Below the pieces are notes generated by a model. It did not search any database. It worked only from the letters and a program-made list of their open reading frames with translations, and was not told where the DNA came from. Below are positions 28,916 to 36,671 of a stretch of 61,556 bases of DNA, in pieces. Every line of letters begins with the position of its first letter. Position 1 is the stretch's first letter. The stretch is from a virus. Lineage: Duplodnaviria > Caudoviricetes. Location: positions 1-61,556 of IMG/VR virus record IMGVR_UViG_3300030012_003022, one strand, 5' to 3'. The translations under genes were made by a program, and so were the position numbers.

Positions 28916-29101
28916 TTATAGGGGTTCTTCATATTTAAAAGGAACTGTCGAGCAATAATCACGCTCATAAATTTTAAGAGCATCTTTCACGCTAATAAAA
29001 TGCGAGTTCTTCGCGTGTGTAAATACGCGCCACCTGCTCGGAGGCACACCTAATGCGAGTGCGCTCATGTGTATATAGCCTTCTTGCGTCATGTTCACCA
29101 C
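28916..29101 (-). CDS. Hypothetical protein
   Basis: Coupled ORF. Confidence 0.45.
   Translation of the reverse strand: MVNMTQEGYIHMSALALGVPPSRWRVFTHAKNSHFISVKDALKIYERDYCSTVPFKYEEPL
28918..28938 (-). promoter_or_regulatory. Early-type promoter, copy 3
   Basis: TTAAATATGAAGAACCCCTAT. Confidence 0.6.
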
Positions 29102-29562
29102 TCCTCCGGCATAGGTTCACCTGCACACCTTATTACGCCTTCATCAAATTCCCAAGAACCCTCATCCGTTCTCATACCAATTCTTTGAATTGCACCCCAT
29201 TTTTTTCTATCTACTGTATTAGGTTCTGTGAACCTAATACCTGTCATTTCTGTTAGAACAGAAATCGCAAAGACTAAATCTTTAGGACATAGCCCTGCTA
29301 TGTAGTTCATACCTTCGGGAGTTAGGACATCATAATAATGCACAAACAATAAATCGCACATAGTTTCCTCGATGATTTGTTCTCCTACGGAGACTCCGGT
29401 ATGCTTCGATTCATCTCCGGCCATGAGTCTTATGAAAGACTCAAAATTTTCGTGGTCTTCGACATGGTTTAACAGTCTCTTGCCTGTGTTTGTAAAACAA
29501 ACTCTTGCTAAGAGCCACGCTTGCCTAAAGGTATCATCATGCCAAATACTCATCAAGCCCAC
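29095..29562 (-). CDS. Hypothetical protein
   Basis: Coupled ORF. Confidence 0.6.
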   Translation of the reverse strand: MGLMSIWHDDTFRQAWLLARVCFTNTGKRLLNHVEDHENFESFIRLMAGDESKHTGVSVGEQIIEETMCDLLFVHYYDVLTPEGMNYIAGLCPKDLVFAISVLTEMTGIRFTEPNTVDRKKWGAIQRIGMRTDEGSWEFDEGVIRCAGEPMPEEW

Positions 29563-29780
29563 TCCCCTGCATCTAACGCCATGTGTCCTGCTGATTCATC
29601 AAGCAAGCAAGCCATCTGTTTTACCTTGAAACCTTCAAAGAAGTTTTCAAATTGATTTACGATGTGCATCGCAAATTCTTCCATCTCCTCCTTAGGAGGA
29701 GTCGGAAGCACAATCAAATGTGTCTCCTCCTCGCCTGTCTGTTCGTTTATCATGCCTACATTCCATACTTTCATGTTCAT
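29553..29780 (-). CDS. Hypothetical protein
   Basis: GGAGTGA SD. Confidence 0.6.
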   Translation of the reverse strand: MNMKVWNVGMINEQTGEEETHLIVLPTPPKEEMEEFAMHIVNQFENFFEGFKVKQMACLLDESAGHMALDAGEWA

Positions 29781-29822
29781 ACTTTATCACTCCTTTTGCT
29801 TTTTCAAATATTCTATTTGAAC

Positions 29823-30770
29823 CTAATACTCATCCTCACCATCTGCTTTAGCAGTCCATTTTGATATTGCTTCTTTGACATCTTCGATGCCGACTTTGAT
29901 AGCCGCCTCGACGCTATGTTGTCCGTCACCTTGCCTCATTACATGAGCCTGTTGAAGCCCTATGGCTTGAGCAACATATTTTTGCGATTCTTTAGGTAGT
30001 TCACAAGAACGACCTAATCCCCAATCGGCATCACCTTGTGCCGCCCACATTCCGAAGATACCACTTCGGAAGAACCACGCTGACCCTGCTGATGCTGCGA
30101 TAGCCTCGTTAAGAGGCTCGTCGGCTGATTTCAGCATAACTGCTGCGATTGCATTCTTGTTTTTGCTATCATTATAGCAACCCACAGAATAAGCGTAGCC
30201 CCAAACTTCGACTATGAATCCGGCCTCGCCAAGCAATTCTGCGGCTGCGAGGGCGACTGCGGTTCTTGCGAACATGACTTCGGCTTTGATGTTGGCATTA
30301 CCTCCGGTAGGAACGACTAATGCTACGGCTTCCGCAGGGGCTTGACTCTTTGTAAGAGTCCTGCGAAATCTTGAGTCTCCGTTAAGGAGACGACCCGCAT
30401 TTACTTTGCCTCGATTGTCCGACCACTTGAGCATTCTCTTCAAGGAAGAGAAGTCAATCGAATCAACCAAATCCGACATATTCTTTCTTGCTTTAGCAAT
30501 TTGCTTATGGTCGTTCTCTACATAGTCTCCGACTAATGCGGCCACTTCACGACGCTTCTTGATGCCACTACCTTTTAGGTCTTCACGACCTATCCAATGG
30601 AAGTCAGCACTTTGATTCAAAGGATTATATCCTTTGAAGTCGGAGTTCTTGAGCGAACCGACATAGTCGGAGGCCGCTTGCACAGTCTCCGCTACGCTAC
30701 ACCTTGTTTTGATTTCCGGAATAACGAAGTTATTGATGCCTCGTATATCTGTCTTATGAACCATGTTCAT
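29823..30770 (-). CDS. VWA/CobT-like partner of the MoxR ATPase
   Basis: Directly downstream of the MoxR gene; GKVNAGRLL followed by a Rossmann-like beta-alpha pattern; the MIDAS motif looks degenerate. Confidence 0.55.
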   Translation of the reverse strand: MNMVHKTDIRGINNFVIPEIKTRCSVAETVQAASDYVGSLKNSDFKGYNPLNQSADFHWIGREDLKGSGIKKRREVAALVGDYVENDHKQIAKARKNMSDLVDSIDFSSLKRMLKWSDNRGKVNAGRLLNGDSRFRRTLTKSQAPAEAVALVVPTGGNANIKAEVMFARTAVALAAAELLGEAGFIVEVWGYAYSVGCYNDSKNKNAIAAVMLKSADEPLNEAIAASAGSAWFFRSGIFGMWAAQGDADWGLGRSCELPKESQKYVAQAIGLQQAHVMRQGDGQHSVEAAIKVGIEDVKEAISKWTAKADGEDEY

Positions 30771-30812
30771 TCACCACCTTTGCGAATTTTTGATAATCTC
30801 CTACGGAGGTTA

Positions 30813-32294
30813 TCAAGCCGCCCCTCCGTTTCCTGTTGCATCTTCGATGAAAGACTTGTCGTAGCCTATGGCTCGGAGGTCTTTCTCATTCCAATCTGCT
30901 AAAGCAGTAGTTCTCCAACGGTTGCCATTCCAACCCAATACATGCTTTTGCTTGTAGGCAGTTTGCATGTGGCGAGGACTGATAATCCTACGGATTCCTG
31001 CTGAATCGGCTTTGCTTCGCACTTCATGGAAGAAATTGACGATTTCATCGTCTTGGATAAGTTCTCGCTCAAAGGCTCGGTCATAGCCCCAATGGATAAC
31101 GCCTCCTGCAAAGCGATTCAAAGTGGATATATCAAGTGTTTCATTGGCTATATAGCCACTTCGACCACTACCCTGTCCAAGAGTATTTCCGGTTGCGAGA
31201 ATCCATAAATCGTCGGAACGACGGACAACTTTTCCATCGGGCATTCTCCAAGTATCTCCGGCTAAAGCCGCATTTGCCGCTATTGCAGTTCCACCTACAA
31301 GGCATGGGAACTCGTCAAAGACGAGGACTCCACCATCTCGATAGACTTTGACTATGTCACTCATTCGGTGAACCTCGACTTCGCCACCATCCTTCGGATT
31401 GATTTGAGGAATCATTCCACCGACTATGTCGGAAGGCATCATTTCATTGTGACATGATAGGATAACGAAGTTATCGTCAAGGGTCAAATTCTTGTTTGCG
31501 AATCCGCCATTTTCCTTCGGAAGATGGAGTAGGGTCTCAAATATTTGCTTTGCAGCAAATGTTTTACCGCTTCCTGCCGCACCACATGAGTAAGCATTGG
31601 CTCGGATTTTTGCTAAATCCAAAGCATGCTCAAAGCATGGATGAGTCAAACCAACCTCAAGGTCTCTTGAGTCCTTGCCAAGTGGCTTAACGACCAAAGG
31701 TCGAGGTAAAGACATAGCCGCTAATTGCGAAGCAATTTCGGATTGAACATGGTTTGAGACCATCCCGATAAGGGATGGGGCAACTAATCCTGCAAGCACA
31801 TCTCCGGCTTCTCCGGAAGCCGCAGTAGGTATTGAAACCTTTACAGGTTTTAGGGGGTTCTCCTTGAATAAGGAGTCAAGGTCGTCTTTGTTCTCCTTCG
31901 GAGGAGTCTTAGACTCCTTTGGAGGAGTCTTAGGCTTAGGGTTATCCCAACCTCCATCTTTGATGGAGTGAACATAATCTCGGTCTTCATCAGCGAAGTA
32001 AGCATCTTTGAATGCTTTCATGCTTGAGCCATTGTGAATTATTGCATAAGCAATATTTTGGCCGGACATTTTGTGGTCTTCGGGAAGTAGATGTTTATCA
32101 ACATCTATGCAGGAAGTATGAATCCAAGATTTTTTGCGACTTTCAGTCGGTAGATTGACACATACTACCGCATGTTTAGGGGCTTTGCCCCTTATTTTTG
32201 TTCCACAAACTTTACAGTTTGCATCAAAATTTGCGTTCTTCGTTTTTAGGCCGACTGCTCTTAGCAGTTTGTTTGTTTCATTTTGCTTGCTCAT
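30813..32294 (-). CDS. MoxR/CobS-like AAA+ ATPase with an N-terminal Zn finger and a linker
   Basis: GAAGSGKT, VLVFDEF, ATGNT.G.G, LD.STLNRF, ISPR; CKVC...HTSC. Confidence 0.85.
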   Translation of the reverse strand: MSKQNETNKLLRAVGLKTKNANFDANCKVCGTKIRGKAPKHAVVCVNLPTESRKKSWIHTSCIDVDKHLLPEDHKMSGQNIAYAIIHNGSSMKAFKDAYFADEDRDYVHSIKDGGWDNPKPKTPPKESKTPPKENKDDLDSLFKENPLKPVKVSIPTAASGEAGDVLAGLVAPSLIGMVSNHVQSEIASQLAAMSLPRPLVVKPLGKDSRDLEVGLTHPCFEHALDLAKIRANAYSCGAAGSGKTFAAKQIFETLLHLPKENGGFANKNLTLDDNFVILSCHNEMMPSDIVGGMIPQINPKDGGEVEVHRMSDIVKVYRDGGVLVFDEFPCLVGGTAIAANAALAGDTWRMPDGKVVRRSDDLWILATGNTLGQGSGRSGYIANETLDISTLNRFAGGVIHWGYDRAFERELIQDDEIVNFFHEVRSKADSAGIRRIISPRHMQTAYKQKHVLGWNGNRWRTTALADWNEKDLRAIGYDKSFIEDATGNGGAA

Positions 32295-32298
32295 ATTT

Positions 32299-32625
32299 TC
32301 ACACTCCATTTATTGCTCGGATTTGACCCTCCGAGAGGGTTTCACTATTAAAAGATTTTGAAATTGCTTTGGCAATATCTCCGGAAAATTTGCTACCGAA
32401 GGTCTCAAAGCGAACTAATGCCGATTCAACACAATCGTGCATGTATAAAGCATCAAACAAGGACTCTTGTTTGTCTTCGTCTTCAATTACATCATCTATG
32501 ATTTTGCCAACGGCAACCTCGACGATTTGTTTGTTCAATCCTAATGAGGCGAGTATGTGTGTTGCCTCATCAATTAGGTCGTTAAACCCTTTATTCTTAA
32601 TATCCTTCTCAATATTAGTTATCAT
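32299..32625 (-). CDS. 108-aa acidic hypothetical protein (true start inside the 331-aa ORF)
   Basis: ATG at 32625 follows a GGGTG SD; the upstream part of the long ORF only translates hairpin and low-complexity DNA. Confidence 0.65.
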   Translation of the reverse strand: MITNIEKDIKNKGFNDLIDEATHILASLGLNKQIVEVAVGKIIDDVIEDEDKQESLFDALYMHDCVESALVRFETFGSKFSGDIAKAISKSFNSETLSEGQIRAINGV

Positions 32626-32649
32626 CACCCTAAGGTGTGATAACAATAT

Positions 32650-33960
32650 AGAAGGATATAGAATAGGGTCTATATCCCTAAAGGGATATACCGGACTGCG
32701 ATTCTCAAATAAAGTATGTTGATACTTTATTTTAGAATCCGTATGTATGCACATACAGGGAAATTCAGTCTGCATTTTCATACTCCGTAGGAGTATGGTT
32801 TTTAGGAACTTTAATATACACCTTCCTTTAAAAGGAAGCAGCGCGTAGCATGTGCCTATGTGCGAGTCTATCGTTTTCAAAACAAGAGATATATCAAAAT
32901 ATTCTATTTTGTATCTCTCTTGCGAATCGAGGTTCGGTGGTATGACTTTACCGTTTGCGATTTTGTCGGCTTGATAGGGTATCGAGAACGGCAGGAAACA
33001 CCGCTTTACTTTTTGCACCACTTCAATTTTAGTCTTCCCTAAACTTCCGTAGGAAGTCAAGTATGCCTCCGCATGTGCTTGGGTATGTGCGAGGGCATCT
33101 AAATTCTCAAGGAGAATTGACCCATTTTTAGAATAAGAATTATGGAATCTTATTCTTAAAATCACATGAGGCACAGATACCCGCACATGCAGGTAGGCGA
33201 GCGAGCAGGTATGCGAGCGTAGGTGCGTATGCAAGCGCGAGGGCGAGGGCATAGGCAAGCCCACTTGAGCAAGGGTCTGTTTGTGTCTGTTCATCTAAAG
33301 TTTGGAAATCTTTTTTTTCCGAAAATTTTCGGTTTCATCAAGAAAACTTTAGGATTTTAGAGAAATCTAAGTAAATTAGATTTATCAAAAATTAGAAAGT
33401 TCAAGGTGAGCAGGTATGCGAGCCTACACCTACACAGGTGCGTAAGCAGGTCTTAATTCTCGGAGAGAATTTCGCAAATCTAATGAATAAGAATTACAGA
33501 ATCTTATTCATAGATTCACACATGCACATAGGCATGCGCGAGGGCGCATGCACATACATGCTCGCAAGCATACATGCACACCCGCGAGGGTGTGCATACC
33601 TACACACATACCCACACCTACCCCCCCGTATGCGCTCACCTACACCCCTGCGCGAGCATGTGCAAGCACATGCGAGAGTGTGCGAGCAAGCGCACACATG
33701 CGTTTTTTAGCGATTTTTCTAAAGAAAAATAGCAAAAAAACTTAGGAAAATTTCCCCCTTTTTTAGAAAGAGGAATTGAGGAATCCTCTTTCTAAAACTT
33801 CGCGTAGGTGTGCATGCACACGCATACGCACATACGCGAGTGTGCGTAGAGGCACACACGCAAGCGTAATTTAGAATATAGATTCAGTAATCTATATTCT
33901 TAAATTTGTTTTTTTTAAAATAAAAAAAAGCCCGTAAGCCTAAATTGGCCTACGGGCTTA
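32650..33960. repeat. Non-coding hairpin array with alternating purine-pyrimidine tracts
   Basis: Many perfect or near-perfect inverted repeats; RY tracts interleaved with A/T-tract hairpins. Confidence 0.85.
33921..33959 (-). terminator. Hairpin plus T-tract terminator downstream of the 507-aa gene
   Basis: AAGCCCGTA...TACGGGCTT followed by a T-run on the minus strand. Confidence 0.55.
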
Positions 33961-34035
33961 ATTTATTCCGGATTTAAACTTCGTTTATTTTGATAATACC
34001 TCCATAATTTGTTGATTCAAAACTTCGTTTTGGGT

Positions 34036-35559
34036 TCAGTAATTACCGTTCCAGCAGTCATTCGCACAAGAATTGAAAATTCTTTTGTAATGTTTTAGAA
34101 TCTTTTTCGGCACTTTTGCTTTCGTAGAAAGCAATTCAAGGGAAAGATAGTCATAAAAAGCGACCCAACCTCTCAAAGACTTCGTCTTAATTCCTTCATC
34201 ACAATGATATTCAAAGTTCTCTACTAAACAGTAGAGTTCGGAAAGGCTCATTTTTGAGACCATGTCTCTAAAAATTTGATAGATTTCTTGGCCGAATTTA
34301 TCTTCCATATATGGAAGATTACAGTCTCTTGCTAACTGATTGACTCCGTCAAAATAGTAGCAATTTAATGTAGTTGTTCCTTGAACAAACTCCTCATTGT
34401 CTTTGTAATTCTCAAGGAGAATTTCACCAATTTTTCGGTCTAATTCCGTAGGAAGTCCTTTTACAAATTCAATTGCTTCGCAAATCTTCAATTGTCCTTC
34501 TTCATCTTTACGATGAATGAAGGCTCTTGGAAATGTTTTTTCCCCTTTAGGGAAACCCGAAGGATATTGTCTTAGACAATGGGCTGAATATCCGGCTTTC
34601 ATTCCTTGAATGAAGAAGTCAAATCTATCAAGAATTTTAAATTCTTGAAGCCACTCCTCTAAATCTTCAACTATTACTTTGTAATACTTCATCGGCATTT
34701 CCCAATTATAGACAACTCGGTTGAAAACCGAAACGACATAATCAATGACATCGTCAATTTCCGAATCTACGATTCGGCTGAACTCCACTTCTTGAAATGC
34801 TTTCAAGAATGGAGAAGTCCATTCCTTTCGTTCTTCGTCAGTCAATAAGTCGTAAAGACTTATTGGATTAGCAGTTACAACTGCTTTGTTTGCGATTTCT
34901 TGCTGAATTTTCAATTCAGTTTGAAGGTCTTGACCTTCCATGAAATACTCAAAAATGCTGACATGGTCAGCATCGTCAAATTGGTTCTCTATTTGCCAAA
35001 TTTCCAAAGGAATCTCATCAATAGCAAAAATTTTCCTAAAAGCCCTTTTAAGGGCTGATTCGGTCTGTTCTTCAAGCCATATATGGCTTGATTTGAAGAC
35101 CTTGTAGTTAGGAATAATCAATTCATTGATTATTTCATCTTTTGTCAAGGACAAAAGACGGCTAACTTCATTGACATAGTCAATGGCTTGGCAGTTTAGG
35201 TCGTTAATATCTGTTGATATTAAATCAATAATTTCATTATTGGTGTAATCGTCAATCAAATCTTCTACGAAGATGCAAAGGTCTCGGCCTCCGTCGGTCT
35301 CTTCAAGACCGAGAACGGCAAAAAATCTACCAAAATTCAGCGCAGTTTTACTGTTTTTTAGAATTTGGGAGACCATCTTTTCTCCGACATGGTCGGTGAA
35401 GTAGTCCAAAGCCCAATTTGCAGTTTCAACAATTGGTTGTTGAAAATTCAAAGGAAAGGCAATCTTGATTGCCTCTTTCGGAGACAAGTCTCCGGTTTCA
35501 GTTTCAGCCCAACTCAAAGAGTCGGTGGTCGGTTCTTTCTTTTGATTAGGTTTTATCAT
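34036..35559 (-). CDS. 507-aa acidic helical orphan protein
   Basis: Long standalone ORF between two hairpin arrays; no motif recognised. Confidence 0.8.
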   Translation of the reverse strand: MIKPNQKKEPTTDSLSWAETETGDLSPKEAIKIAFPLNFQQPIVETANWALDYFTDHVGEKMVSQILKNSKTALNFGRFFAVLGLEETDGGRDLCIFVEDLIDDYTNNEIIDLISTDINDLNCQAIDYVNEVSRLLSLTKDEIINELIIPNYKVFKSSHIWLEEQTESALKRAFRKIFAIDEIPLEIWQIENQFDDADHVSIFEYFMEGQDLQTELKIQQEIANKAVVTANPISLYDLLTDEERKEWTSPFLKAFQEVEFSRIVDSEIDDVIDYVVSVFNRVVYNWEMPMKYYKVIVEDLEEWLQEFKILDRFDFFIQGMKAGYSAHCLRQYPSGFPKGEKTFPRAFIHRKDEEGQLKICEAIEFVKGLPTELDRKIGEILLENYKDNEEFVQGTTTLNCYYFDGVNQLARDCNLPYMEDKFGQEIYQIFRDMVSKMSLSELYCLVENFEYHCDEGIKTKSLRGWVAFYDYLSLELLSTKAKVPKKILKHYKRIFNSCANDCWNGNY

Positions 35560-35564
35560 TAGTT

Positions 35565-36200
35565 TATACCCCCTTCATCATAGATGAGGGGGTTAAACAA
35601 TGTAAAACCAATCAAGAAATATCCCCCTAAAGGGGGATAGCCTTTGCGAATTATGATAATCAATATCTGTATATTGATTATCTTAATTTAGAAATAATTT
35701 TTGGATTTGGAAAACCGATAGACTCGCGAGGGTATGCGTGGACTCCTTTTAAAGGAGTTAAGTTATAGAGTTTTGCGATTTTTTACTCTCTCTAAAGAGA
35801 GAGTAATTTCTTGGGGAAAGCCGACCTCTCGCGCGCGAGATGTTTGATTTTGCCTTTTCAAAATATAGGATATTAGTTCTTCAACAATATCCTATATTTA
35901 ATGGAGAAGTTTTCGCCATTTTTGTAATTCTGTGGAATTACAAGATTAAAATTCAAGTCTTATATTGTAGAATAGTCTTTTCGGATTAACGAGTTAATCC
36001 GTTTTCAGTATTAAGGTCAATAAGGCTTGGTAGATATTTGAATGCTTTTTTTGGTCTAAAGACCAACCACCACATTCAAAAAAACACCAAAAATTTCTTA
36101 GAAAAAGTTGCCCTTTATTTGGACACCGGAAATCCTCTTTAGAGGATTTCCGAAAAGAAATAAAAAAAGGGGCGGAGTTCGATGAACTCCGCCCCAATTT
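35565..36200. repeat. Second non-coding hairpin array
   Basis: About 10 near-perfect inverted repeats, e.g. TTACTCTCTCTAAAGAGAGAGTAA and CGGAAATCCTCTTTAGAGGATTTCCG. Confidence 0.85.
36162..36195 (-). terminator. Strong hairpin plus T-tract
   Basis: GGGGCGGAGTTC-gat-GAACTCCGCCCC with an adjacent A7 (T7 on the minus strand). Confidence 0.6.
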
Positions 36201-36279
36201 CCAAATTTTCAGTTTTGCGATATCTTTTTTCAATCCTCCATATTTTCATTCATTCTTCGGCTTGCTGAAACTGTCTTGA

Positions 36280-36444
36280 TTATTCGTTGATATAACCCTG
36301 ATTTTTAGCACAATTCAAACAAAGGATGTTCAAACTTCCATCATCAGCCATTGAAAGCAAAACACCATAGTTTGAACATGGTCTTTTGGTTTCAATCATT
36401 ACATTACAGTTCCATTCATTACATTTAGTTAGGTTATTTCTCAT
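36280..36444 (-). CDS. 54-aa Cys-rich protein (not in ORF track)
   Basis: MRNNLTKCNEWNC...LCLNCAKNQGYINE; GGGAG SD. Confidence 0.55.
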   Translation of the reverse strand: MRNNLTKCNEWNCNVMIETKRPCSNYGVLLSMADDGSLNILCLNCAKNQGYINE

Positions 36445-36671
36445 ATTACTCCCTGTTAGTCCGGTAAAAATCGGTAGTTATTAGTTGTTTGGTGGGATTG
36501 CCCCACCATAAAAACAATACAAAAACGATTGACTGAAAGCCTAAAATGGTTAATTTAGGGCAACCTAAAAATTTTAGTTCGGATTCAAAAAATTGCCAAA
36601 AATCCGACTACTAACGGAGTTAGTAGTCGCCAAGCACCTCAAAAAAATTTTTGAAAAATTTTTGAAAAATT

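Noticed and set aside
32626-33294. N-terminal 223 aa of the 331-aa ORF, and the ORFs at 33438-33745
   Set aside because: They translate RY tracts and hairpins into H/A/C/T-rich low-complexity peptide. A better start with an SD lies at 32625.
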